In this document: positions 54,088 through 63,273 of the stretch, piece by piece
Numbering within the stretch: position 1 is the first letter of the stretch
Layout: each line of letters begins with the position of its first letter
Virus record (IMG/VR): IMGVR_UViG_3300037453_000168
Coordinates: 14,932-78,931 of that record
Reading direction: 5' to 3' (one strand)
Source of the DNA: a virus
Taxonomy: Duplodnaviria > Caudoviricetes
DNA length: 64,000 nucleotides
Translations under genes and position numbers: made by a program
Notes under the pieces: generated by a model
The model's database searches: none
Told to the model about the DNA's origin: nothing
The model's input: only the letters and a program-made list of their open reading frames with translations

Positions 54088-55224
54088 ATGACAGGAGCAA
54101 GAGCAAGTGCGGTGTTCACACCAGAATCTGAATTTGGAAAGACCCCTTCCGATGCCGAGTGGTATGCTTTCCCGTCGGGATTGTCGTTCGACTTCACACC
54201 TACCAACAATATGTCAACATACTATGAGATAGGCAGTAAATTCCTCGCCAATGCAGTAGGTGGGAAATACAATGTATCATGGAGTGCGAAGTTCAAACTC
54301 GATTACAGATATATCGAGTTCATGGGGATGATTTTTGAAGGATACACCTATACAAGCGGTATCCATCTGTTCACTAAGGCCAACGGCAAACGTGTGAAAT
54401 CGTCAACAATCCGTGTGAAGAAACTAAACAGGTTCGTAGGCGGTAGTCATGACCAGACATATCTCCTGAAAGGCTGTGTGGTCAAATCGTTCGATTTCTC
54501 ACAAGGCTCTGGTGCGACCCTCGACTGTACTATCTCTGGAACGGCGATAATAGATTCCTGTGATTACTCCGACCTCGATTCTACCGATTGGTCTGGTGTG
54601 AATAGCGTACATTCCGATGAATCCGTAGGACCCGTGCCTATCGAGTGGACGTGCTTGCAAGTGGACGGGGAACCCGTGGCATACACCGAGTCCGTAAGGT
54701 TCGGAGTGGATAACGGTGTAGAGTTCTCATACGGATGCGGTTCAAGGTTCATCCAGAACTACAACGAGAAGAACACAAACATCACGATATCCACGTCCGT
54801 ATGGTCGGTCAATCCAGAGACGTACCAGAGAAGGATGTATTCGGGAGGATATCTGGACTCCCTTACAGAGCCTAAGAAGAAAGGACTGAAACCCCTATCT
54901 ACGGTCGCTCTTGTATCAGATTATACGTCGGTGCATAACAACTTCGAATACGAGTTCCTTCTGAGCATGAGGGATGTATTCGTGAACGGCAACGGTTCGA
55001 CCTCTCTGAATGCCAACGGCAAGATTATGGATTCGCCCAACCTGATACCCACTAACTTCGGTATAGTCATCAAATCGGATGCACCGAGCCTCGCATCTAT
55101 ATGGGGGTACACCAACACCAGGGATTCCAAGGATGCTTTGGATTTGCTGGCAGAGTGGGGATACCACCCGAAGACAACGAGGGGCATTACTGTTTTCGAT
55201 GATGAACAGGTAAACGACGAATGA
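54088..55224 (+). CDS. Tail tube (major tail) protein
   Basis: Position; beta-rich duplicated tube-like halves (YYEIGSKF / SYGCGSRF). Confidence 0.7.
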   Translation: MTGARASAVFTPESEFGKTPSDAEWYAFPSGLSFDFTPTNNMSTYYEIGSKFLANAVGGKYNVSWSAKFKLDYRYIEFMGMIFEGYTYTSGIHLFTKANGKRVKSSTIRVKKLNRFVGGSHDQTYLLKGCVVKSFDFSQGSGATLDCTISGTAIIDSCDYSDLDSTDWSGVNSVHSDESVGPVPIEWTCLQVDGEPVAYTESVRFGVDNGVEFSYGCGSRFIQNYNEKNTNITISTSVWSVNPETYQRRMYSGGYLDSLTEPKKKGLKPLSTVALVSDYTSVHNNFEYEFLLSMRDVFVNGNGSTSLNANGKIMDSPNLIPTNFGIVIKSDAPSLASIWGYTNTRDSKDALDLLAEWGYHPKTTRGITVFDDEQVNDE

Positions 55225-55278
55225 CATAATTCATATCGGATGAATGATATACTGCATGCAATAAAAGGAAGGATGTAA

Positions 55279-55689
55279 ATGGACGTAAGACCTCAGATTA
55301 CGGTGGATTTGAACGAGTACGGGTTCGATGGGCAGATTACCCTAGAACCCCTTGATTTCGTCAGGCGCAAGCGTTTACAGAACAATCTCGGCAGGGCGAC
55401 GCATTTCAAAGACCTCAACATGGATGAATTGAAGTCGCAGGACCTCGGAGATATCATAGTCTACAAGGTCATGGCATTCATGACCAGCGCACCGTTCAAA
55501 CTCGATTCGATAGAATCATTCTACGGGTTCATGGCGAGATTGGATAAGAACGAACTCGGTAGCGCAGATAGGCTGTTCAATAGGCTTGAGAATGAAATCA
55601 AGACCTTGAAGGAAGATAGCCCTTTACCGCAATCTCAGGACTCTCAGGAGAACCGAGTTTCGGAGCGAGGTTGCTGTCGGACGGTATAA
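55279..55689 (+). CDS. Tail assembly chaperone (G-like)
   Basis: Between tube and tape measure; contains slippery heptamer C-CCT-TTA at 55620-55626. Confidence 0.65.
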   Translation: MDVRPQITVDLNEYGFDGQITLEPLDFVRRKRLQNNLGRATHFKDLNMDELKSQDLGDIIVYKVMAFMTSAPFKLDSIESFYGFMARLDKNELGSADRLFNRLENEIKTLKEDSPLPQSQDSQENRVSERGCCRTV

Positions 55690-55895
55690 TCCACGGCAAC
55701 CTCTCCCACGATGCCGTATACCTGTATCTTTACGGACATTACCTTGCGAACGGGGGGAATCCAGACGATTTCCTCAGATTCACAGAGGACGATTTGCACA
55801 TAATGTATGTGGTCTTGGAGTCGGAGAAGGTCAGGGATATGAACACTCTATTGGAATCGCTTGCTAATATGCTCGGTGCGGAAAGGAGGAATTGA
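55620..55895 (+). CDS. -1 frameshift extension of the tail chaperone (GT-like)
   Basis: The -1 frame from CCCTTTA is open through ORF 55671..55895. Confidence 0.6.
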   Translation, partial: PFTAISGLSGEPSFGARLLSDGIIHGNLSHDAVYLYLYGHYLANGGNPDDFLRFTEDDLHIMYVVLESEKVRDMNTLLESLANMLGAERRN

Positions 55896-55896
55896 G

Positions 55897-58503
55897 TTGC
55901 CAGATGAAAGGACGTTGGTGGCGAATCTCGTCCCCGTGGTGGACGATAACGAATTGCAGTCATTCAAGGAGAAGTTGACGCAGAATCTATCGTCAGCATT
56001 CACCCTCGATGTATCTGGTGTCAATCCGCAAACCACTCAGGACAACGGGCTTGACCCCGATTTAGACAGACTGTTGAATGAGACAATCAATGCCGTCCGT
56101 TCGATACAGGGCGATTTAGCCGATTTGCAAGGCACAATTACGGATATATCGGAGAACGACAGCAAGGCTCAGATTGACTCCATAACGCAGACGGTCAATA
56201 ATGTCGGGGAAATCTTCGACAGAGGGGTTTCCGATATAGAGGTCGTGCTGAACGACGTCCATGAGGTGATGACGTTCATCGATTCGTCTATCTCCGATGC
56301 ATCTTCCAAGGTATCCGATTCTATGACCAGCATATCCGACAGGGTATCGGCTGTCGGTTCTTCGCTGTCCGAGATTTCGTCGGATATAACGGGGTCGATA
56401 AGCAGAGCGACCGACAGCATAGAGGATGTCTACGGTTACATCAATGAGCTTTCAGACGGCGTATCCGATTCTATGGATAGGATTCTGGATGGAATAGAGG
56501 ATAATACGGATGCATCGGAACGTACATCATACGAGATTGCCGAGTCGGTATCTGGTGTTGCTGTCGGATTGCAGAGCATATACGATTCGATAGACGATTT
56601 GCCAGATGGCATATCGGACGGATTCGGCAGACTGTACGAGGGCATATCGGATGTAATCGGCTCGATGGACGGGATATCTTCTGAGATTTCCGAATCGGTG
56701 TCCGAGGTCGCCGTTGGATTGCAGAATACCTATGATTCGATAGACGATTTACCAGAGACTGTTTCCGATGGGTTCAGCAGATTATATGAAAGTGCATCGG
56801 ACATAATCGGCTCAATAGATGGAATTTCGTCAGATATCTCTGATTCGACAGACACCGTATATAACGGGTTGCAAGGGTTCGATAGCACTATATCAAGCAT
56901 AGGGGATGCAATATCCGATTCCTCAAAAGGCTTATCTGACGTGATATATGGTTCGTATGATTCGATAGGCAGTATATCAGAAATTGTATCAGACGGTCTT
57001 AAAGGCATATCGGATGAGCAGAATATACTGAACGATTCCTTTAACGATGCATTCGATGACTTGAACGGCCATATCGTGAATGTATCGGACAGCATATCTT
57101 CGCTTACCGACGTTGCAAGCGACAGCCTATACGACCTGTCCGCATCAATCGAATCCGTTTCTGATAACGCATCGGACATAGGATACATCATGAACGACGG
57201 CATATCGGATTTGAGGGATGCAGTATCCGAAGTGAATCAGAGTGCGGTCAATACGCATGAGACTCTTGGAGAGATGCTTGCCCGTGTCCGTGACACCAAC
57301 GATGCCATAGGAGATATAGGGGACAGCATGGAGGATATCGCAAAGGAGGTATCCGACGGTTCTAACAGGAATGACAAGGATGCCGAGAATAAGGAGGATA
57401 AGACCGAATCGGCTATGACTCGGATGGTCGAACAGGTCAAATCGGCCATGAGCGATATAAAGACCTCCATAACGGACAGTTTCAAGGATTTCAAGGAGAA
57501 CCCAGGAGATTTGTTCCTCGGAATGATTGGCGGTGCGTTGCTAATCTTCGATATAATCAAAAAGACATTCGACAGATTGGTTTCCGCATCCCCTTTCCTG
57601 AAGAACATCCTCGGCATGTTCTCCGATGTGCTGGATTTGATTCTCGGCCCGTTGGGTACGGCTATCGGTATGGAACTCGTACCGATACTGAAAGACCTCT
57701 ATGAACGTGTGATGAAGGGGGTACAGGCGATTTGGAAAGCCTATGAGGAAGGAGGATTGGCAGGGATGGTCAAAGAGACCCTCCATGTCCTATGGGATGT
57801 GTTCTCTCCGTTGATACCCGAATTGTTGGAGATAGGTCTTACGATTGCAGATGCCATACTCGAAGGTCTTGTGGATTTCGTGTTCGGAGAGGGTACTTGG
57901 GACAGCATCAAGGATTTCCTCGGAACGATAGCATCCGCAGTATCGGATGTATTCGATAAATTGGTCGAGTTCGGCGGAGAGGTATGGGAGAACATCAAGG
58001 ACGGCATCGAGAAGATGTCCTCGGTCATATCCACGATATACAGCAAACTCGTCGAATTCGGCAGTCAGGTATGGGATAGGATAAGGGATGCCGTCAATAC
58101 GATAGCGGATTGGGTGAAGAGCATAGCCGATGCGTTCAACATCTTCGGAGGTTCGAACAATGCTCAGAACTCCAGCCCGACAGCATACATCGGAGGGGGA
58201 GGTCTTGCCAACGTCACAGGTCTGATTATCAACGCCCTGTCGGGCGTATTCGGGTTCGGGGACGGGGGTATGGTAGAGCCTACACCTGGGGGAAGATGGA
58301 TAAACGTTGCGGAGAAGGGCGAGAGGGAGTGGATAGTTCCGCAGTCCAAGGTACCGTCTTTCGTGCAGTCGCAGACCACCAGCAACGGAACCGTGAACAA
58401 TTACTATTATATCTCAGGCTACACGGACACCGACCTCACTCAGAAGATTGAGGCCACGATGGACCGCAGGATAGCGACGAGTTCCCTTAGAGGGGGATTG
58501 TGA
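55897..58503 (+). CDS. Tape measure protein
   Basis: ~870 aa; S/D/I-rich helical repeats, Trp-containing repeats near the C-terminus, FGDGGMV motif; TTG start after AGGAGG. Confidence 0.85.
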   Translation: MPDERTLVANLVPVVDDNELQSFKEKLTQNLSSAFTLDVSGVNPQTTQDNGLDPDLDRLLNETINAVRSIQGDLADLQGTITDISENDSKAQIDSITQTVNNVGEIFDRGVSDIEVVLNDVHEVMTFIDSSISDASSKVSDSMTSISDRVSAVGSSLSEISSDITGSISRATDSIEDVYGYINELSDGVSDSMDRILDGIEDNTDASERTSYEIAESVSGVAVGLQSIYDSIDDLPDGISDGFGRLYEGISDVIGSMDGISSEISESVSEVAVGLQNTYDSIDDLPETVSDGFSRLYESASDIIGSIDGISSDISDSTDTVYNGLQGFDSTISSIGDAISDSSKGLSDVIYGSYDSIGSISEIVSDGLKGISDEQNILNDSFNDAFDDLNGHIVNVSDSISSLTDVASDSLYDLSASIESVSDNASDIGYIMNDGISDLRDAVSEVNQSAVNTHETLGEMLARVRDTNDAIGDIGDSMEDIAKEVSDGSNRNDKDAENKEDKTESAMTRMVEQVKSAMSDIKTSITDSFKDFKENPGDLFLGMIGGALLIFDIIKKTFDRLVSASPFLKNILGMFSDVLDLILGPLGTAIGMELVPILKDLYERVMKGVQAIWKAYEEGGLAGMVKETLHVLWDVFSPLIPELLEIGLTIADAILEGLVDFVFGEGTWDSIKDFLGTIASAVSDVFDKLVEFGGEVWENIKDGIEKMSSVISTIYSKLVEFGSQVWDRIRDAVNTIADWVKSIADAFNIFGGSNNAQNSSPTAYIGGGGLANVTGLIINALSGVFGFGDGGMVEPTPGGRWINVAEKGEREWIVPQSKVPSFVQSQTTSNGTVNNYYYISGYTDTDLTQKIEATMDRRIATSSLRGGL

Positions 58504-61349
58504 TGGCTGGCTCAGATATGCTCAGAGCATACATCAAACTGTCCGACGATTCATCATCGACATTCGACCTTGGAATCATACAGTATATCACGCAGTCATA
58601 CGATATCAAATGCAATCCCAATGCGGTTCTTCTATGGGGATACAAGGGTGCGTTCTGCATGGATAAGGGGGTATCCCTGAGCATAAACATGTCCTATGAA
58701 CGTTCGAGTCCAGACAATCCAGACAACAGTTCCTCGGATTCTACGAGATGGAGCAATGCGGTATGGAAACAGAGGTTGAAGGACACATTCGGGAATTGGC
58801 AAGCCGAACATAACGGATGCACCCTAATCATAATGTCGAACGATACGGAACTATACGCATCAAGGAACTTCTATGGATATCTGTCGTCATTCACATCCCC
58901 TCAGACTTCGAGGGAGACGAGCAGGATTTCTGGTACGTTGAGATTCGACCTCGGAAGGGTATCTCTGACGTCGACATACAGCAGCGGTGCATCGGATATG
59001 CCCGTACCGACCTCGGGTCGCAGGGCATACCTGCAATACGGCAATATGCACGTCATGCTCGGCTCGATAACCGAGATTCAAGACCAGCTTTCGGTATCCA
59101 ACAATGCATCGTCCTGCGTCATGCCGATGCTGAGGGTGGACGAGCAGTTCGCTATGGACACAGGTGCGAAACTGAGCCTGATTGTATCGAGCGTACACGT
59201 ATCGGGGGACGATGGGGTGACCAATGCGAAATGGATGAACAACATAATCGCAGTGGTCAACCGCTGGCAAGCGGAAACGGACGGAAATTCGTTCGTATAT
59301 ATCCCAGACGATTCTCTGAAAGATTATGTTCAGGAATATTCCGAGAACGTGTATGTATCGAATCTGACTCTGACCTACTCGGCTGGAACACCAGACCTCG
59401 TATCCGCAAAGATGACTCTGAACGTAGGAAGCATCCAAGGCGGAGGTCAGGGGGAGGGAAGTTCCCTCAAAGGCATGAAGATTAGTGTGATAATAGGCAA
59501 TAGCACCTACATCCTCTGCGGTAAGAACTCTAGTGGTGTTTTCCATAACTATGTCGAGAACATGGAAGTCAAAGGCGGTATCAATCAGCCGTTCGAGGCT
59601 CTGACTCTGAACATACCTCGCAAGGCTATGGAGAGCATACTGTCCTCTGCGGTTTCCAAACTGAGTAGCGGAGTGGCGATAATCTCCTTGCAGAATGCTA
59701 TGGGGAACGGGGATTTCATTGTTTCCTCGGTGGATACGGATGATTTCAACTACACCATATACGCATACTCGGTAGCATATTACTTCTCAACGGTCACCAC
59801 AGTAGCGGATTATGGTGCGAAAGTGGTGGAGACATACGTCGGCGAACCGAAAGAATGCGTTGTTACTATAGAATCCAGCAACGAATCGCAAGGAACTGTT
59901 AATACCGAAATGATAATCGTCACAGAGGGTACATCCATATCTTCGGGAGGGAGATATCTCTACATCGGAGATAACACCGTCTATGCAACGGCTAAATATG
60001 GTTATGATTTTGATTATTGGTCGGTGTCATCAGGCATAGTCAATGGAAATATGACGATATATGCCTACTTCAAAAGCGCACCAGTAGTTACATACGATGT
60101 CACATTCAAACCCAATGACGAAAGCATGGGTTATGTATATCCCAATCCAATGACCGTACCGTCTGGTACGTCTTTTCAACAAGGTTCGAGTAGCAATACA
60201 CTCGTATTCACTTTGCCGTCGGGAGAGAAGAGGACTGCGACCGCAACCGCTTATGACGGATATAGATTCCTCATGTGGTTCCAATCATCGGGTATCATCA
60301 CATCCGATACATCCCTATCGCTTAATTTTACCAAATCAAATTCGAAATCAGCCGATTCATCGGATACGGAAGTGGAAGAACCGACCCGTGGAACAAGGGG
60401 GATTCAAGAAGAACCTGTCGTCATAAATGGTATTCAATACACCCCTATTCACGGCAGTATAACAGATATAAAAGATATTTTTGAGAGGATATTATCTTTA
60501 GGTTTCAAAATACAAGGCAGGCAATATTCATTCTCAGGTTCCAATCTGATATATGTCGGAGAACCTTGGGATATGGATACGATGTATTCCAGAACAGATA
60601 GCGGATTCAATACAAGCTCCTGTGCATATTTCCCAAGAGGTTCTAATGCATGGTACGTCCTACAGGTATGCGCTTACATAATGGGATGCAGAATCGTATT
60701 CTTCAATGGCAAATGCTATGTCATCGGACTTCAATATTCTGGCAGTCTTCCGCAAACCATAGATATCGACTTAGGTTCTGATAGCCCGTCCGATAATCTG
60801 TCGAGGATATTGATGGATGTACCGAGCATCGGTGCAAAGAAAGCCGACCAAGTTGTGAATAAGATTAATGCGAAATACGGCCAGATTGCAGAGGGGGACT
60901 ATCCGCAGATAACATATCAGACCCCCTATCCATACGATGAAAGTTCAGACTCGATAGATACATACGGTTCAAGGTCGGTATCCAAGGCATTATTAGGGGT
61001 AGAGGGTACGCTCGCACTTTCAAGACTATGCGCTGGTATGCTGTACTGGACGGAGTGGATAGGGCAATCCCTCACATTCACTCTGTCTGAGTCATCAAGC
61101 ACCAATCTCTGGTCGCCTAAATACACACCGATTACATTTGCGAGTTCGATTACCGATAAGACGAATAATATGACGATTTACAACAGAAGGGATAATTCCC
61201 CGAGCGGTAGAGTGCATCCCCCGTTGCTATGTCTATCCGAATATACGAGGTACTTCCCCGAATGCAAATCCAGATACACGTTCGGACCAGCGGAAATGAC
61301 GAGTCTGCCAAGCAAGATTTCGGGGATGGATAGCAACATCAACAACTGA
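58500..61349 (+). CDS. Distal tail/baseplate hub protein with tandem Dit-like domains and InlB-B-repeat-like inserts
   Basis: Two similar N-terminal modules (...NAVW...NWQAE / ...NAKW...RWQAE); ATAKYGYDFDYWS and ATAYDGYRFLMWF repeats. Confidence 0.65.
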   Translation: MMAGSDMLRAYIKLSDDSSSTFDLGIIQYITQSYDIKCNPNAVLLWGYKGAFCMDKGVSLSINMSYERSSPDNPDNSSSDSTRWSNAVWKQRLKDTFGNWQAEHNGCTLIIMSNDTELYASRNFYGYLSSFTSPQTSRETSRISGTLRFDLGRVSLTSTYSSGASDMPVPTSGRRAYLQYGNMHVMLGSITEIQDQLSVSNNASSCVMPMLRVDEQFAMDTGAKLSLIVSSVHVSGDDGVTNAKWMNNIIAVVNRWQAETDGNSFVYIPDDSLKDYVQEYSENVYVSNLTLTYSAGTPDLVSAKMTLNVGSIQGGGQGEGSSLKGMKISVIIGNSTYILCGKNSSGVFHNYVENMEVKGGINQPFEALTLNIPRKAMESILSSAVSKLSSGVAIISLQNAMGNGDFIVSSVDTDDFNYTIYAYSVAYYFSTVTTVADYGAKVVETYVGEPKECVVTIESSNESQGTVNTEMIIVTEGTSISSGGRYLYIGDNTVYATAKYGYDFDYWSVSSGIVNGNMTIYAYFKSAPVVTYDVTFKPNDESMGYVYPNPMTVPSGTSFQQGSSSNTLVFTLPSGEKRTATATAYDGYRFLMWFQSSGIITSDTSLSLNFTKSNSKSADSSDTEVEEPTRGTRGIQEEPVVINGIQYTPIHGSITDIKDIFERILSLGFKIQGRQYSFSGSNLIYVGEPWDMDTMYSRTDSGFNTSSCAYFPRGSNAWYVLQVCAYIMGCRIVFFNGKCYVIGLQYSGSLPQTIDIDLGSDSPSDNLSRILMDVPSIGAKKADQVVNKINAKYGQIAEGDYPQITYQTPYPYDESSDSIDTYGSRSVSKALLGVEGTLALSRLCAGMLYWTEWIGQSLTFTLSESSSTNLWSPKYTPITFASSITDKTNNMTIYNRRDNSPSGRVHPPLLCLSEYTRYFPECKSRYTFGPAEMTSLPSKISGMDSNINN

Positions 61350-61445
61350 TTTCAGTGTAAATGCTCGACCTAAACCTCTTACCTCAATATCTATCATAAT
61401 TTCTATATCATTATAAACCAAGCTTATGATGGTACGATAGATACA

Positions 61446-62090
61446 ATGGATGCGGTCATCACAGGGACTATGATAGGGCTTGCCACCGTAGGCGGTGCTA
61501 TTGCAACGCTGTTAGGCGGTGCCGATGTCCTTCTTGATGCCCTACTGCTTTTCATGTGTATCGACATCTTGTTAGGGGTTTACACATCTGTCAGACGTAA
61601 ATCTACCAAAACACCGACGGGGAGGTTCTCGTCCGAAGCACTATACAAGGGTCTGACCAAGAAATTCCTTATCTTCGTGGTAATCATCATAGCGGTATAT
61701 CTCGACAGACTAGTGGGGACATACATAGTTATAGGGGACTTGCAGTTCACACTATTACGTTCAGCCGTCATGCTCTTCTACATCTTCGAAGAGACCACGA
61801 GCATATTGGAGAATCTTGCTGTACTCGGAGTTCCGCTACCATATAGACTGAGATGCACGTTAGAGGTATTGAAGTTCACTAACGACGCATACCCTTGGGA
61901 TGAGAACTCCAGATATCCTATGGCGGTCATGCCGATGTATAAGGGCGACGAACCTCCCCAGCATAGGGATTATACCGACGATGGCGATGAACCTTCTCAG
62001 AAACGATGCAAACGTTATCCACCGAACGGAAAACGATTTATCCTATGTCGGCAATATATACCTCGTAGGAGAGTCGTCTGTCGCTCATAA
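61446..62090 (+). CDS. Holin, Phage_holin_4-like
   Basis: LLFMCIDILLG...SSEALYKGLTKK...FYIFEETTSILENLAVLGVPLP. Confidence 0.8.
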   Translation: MDAVITGTMIGLATVGGAIATLLGGADVLLDALLLFMCIDILLGVYTSVRRKSTKTPTGRFSSEALYKGLTKKFLIFVVIIIAVYLDRLVGTYIVIGDLQFTLLRSAVMLFYIFEETTSILENLAVLGVPLPYRLRCTLEVLKFTNDAYPWDENSRYPMAVMPMYKGDEPPQHRDYTDDGDEPSQKRCKRYPPNGKRFILCRQYIPRRRVVCRS

Positions 62091-62139
62091 GGGTCGGTTT
62101 GCGCATTTGCCGACCCTCCCTACACTTATTTTAGAATTT

Positions 62140-62160
62140 GAAATAATATATTTTATATAA
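62140..62160 (+). promoter_or_regulatory. Early-class promoter
   Basis: GAAATAATATATTTTATATA; GAGGT SD before 62197. Confidence 0.6.
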
Positions 62161-62196
62161 CTCCATGTTATCATAATTTCATCCGAGGTATGACCT

Positions 62197-62721
62197 ATGG
62201 ATATCACGCAAGCAAACAAACAAGCAATCGTAGACCCGTACATGATGTTCTATCAACAGGCGAGCAGGCTATACAAGGATGAACAGGCGATTCAATCCGC
62301 CACAGCATCCATGTATATTCGGTTCAACCAGCTATGCGACAGGAACCCGAAGTTCAACGAGATGATTTCAAAATTGAACGAACAGGTGAAGTCCAGCGAT
62401 ATCTCCTACAACGATATCGTGGCTTTTGTGTATGCGCCGTTGATGGCAAAGAGCATGAGGGCGAAGATGTATGTCGATAATGCTCTGAAATCCCCTATAA
62501 AGGACTTCTTCAAGTTCGACGAGGGACTTAAAGAGTATCTTCTACGCAATCAAATCGGAATGACGATGGATTTCTCGACATACGTTATAGAAGATGATGG
62601 AGGAAACCGATATGTACACCCCACCGATAGACGGAACAAACAAACAAACAAGCACAGGGAAATCGCTGGTCGAACTGTTCAAGACGGAATCGGCACAGGC
62701 GAACTACAAGAAACTGAATGA
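62197..62721 (+). CDS. Hypothetical protein (3' end overlaps next gene)
   Basis: ORF track. Confidence 0.55.
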   Translation: MDITQANKQAIVDPYMMFYQQASRLYKDEQAIQSATASMYIRFNQLCDRNPKFNEMISKLNEQVKSSDISYNDIVAFVYAPLMAKSMRAKMYVDNALKSPIKDFFKFDEGLKEYLLRNQIGMTMDFSTYVIEDDGGNRYVHPTDRRNKQTNKHREIAGRTVQDGIGTGELQETE

Positions 62722-63034
62722 GAACAAGGAGTACGTCAAGATGGAGGACCTGTACGACCGTCCTATCACAATCACATCTTTCAAGATTGTCAAGGAACCG
62801 TCGCAGTACCGTGACGAGGTGCAGGACTTCACGCGCATATTCTTCTATTACTCGGACGATTCGGAGAGGATACCCCATCAATGCAGAACACAGTCGGCAT
62901 CCCTTACCAAAGTCCTCGAATCAATCGGGAACGATATGATTGAGAGGGAGAACGGAGTATCCACTATGGTCTGCATGGAAAGGAAGGGCGCAAAGACACG
63001 GCTTTGGTTCGACGGACTGTCAGATATCTACTGA
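62612..63034 (+). CDS. Hypothetical protein, possibly OB-fold ssDNA-binding
   Basis: GGAGGA upstream; beta-rich RPITITSFKIV...RIFFY pattern. Confidence 0.45.
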   Translation: MYTPPIDGTNKQTSTGKSLVELFKTESAQANYKKLNENKEYVKMEDLYDRPITITSFKIVKEPSQYRDEVQDFTRIFFYYSDDSERIPHQCRTQSASLTKVLESIGNDMIERENGVSTMVCMERKGAKTRLWFDGLSDIY

Positions 63035-63074
63035 TAACCAACTGAAACGGCTTAGTCATGTTACCACTCCTCCT

Positions 63075-63106
63075 TGCCCGTCGGAGGTAAAAGACGGGCA
63101 TTTTTT
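63075..63106 (+). terminator. Hairpin + T-tract terminator
   Basis: TGCCCGTC-10 nt-GACGGGCA-TTTTTT. Confidence 0.65.
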
Positions 63107-63164
63107 ATGGTTTTTATTAAAAATCAATAGATATATTGGATTGTTACATAGGTTTGAGTATATG

Positions 63165-63184
63165 GAATAATATATTTTATATAC
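63165..63184 (+). promoter_or_regulatory. Early-class promoter
   Basis: GAATAATATATTTTATATAC. Confidence 0.7.
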
Positions 63185-63273
63185 TCTATCGTGTATTATC
63201 AATCATACCCGAAAACAAATGGGATTCCCCGAAGGCGAGGGAACCCGAATAGTAGGGTATAGGTGTGAAAGAA

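Noticed and set aside
54088-55224. Contractile tail sheath assignment
   Set aside because: Only one tube-sized gene precedes the chaperone/tape measure, and no baseplate wedge (J-like) genes are visible.
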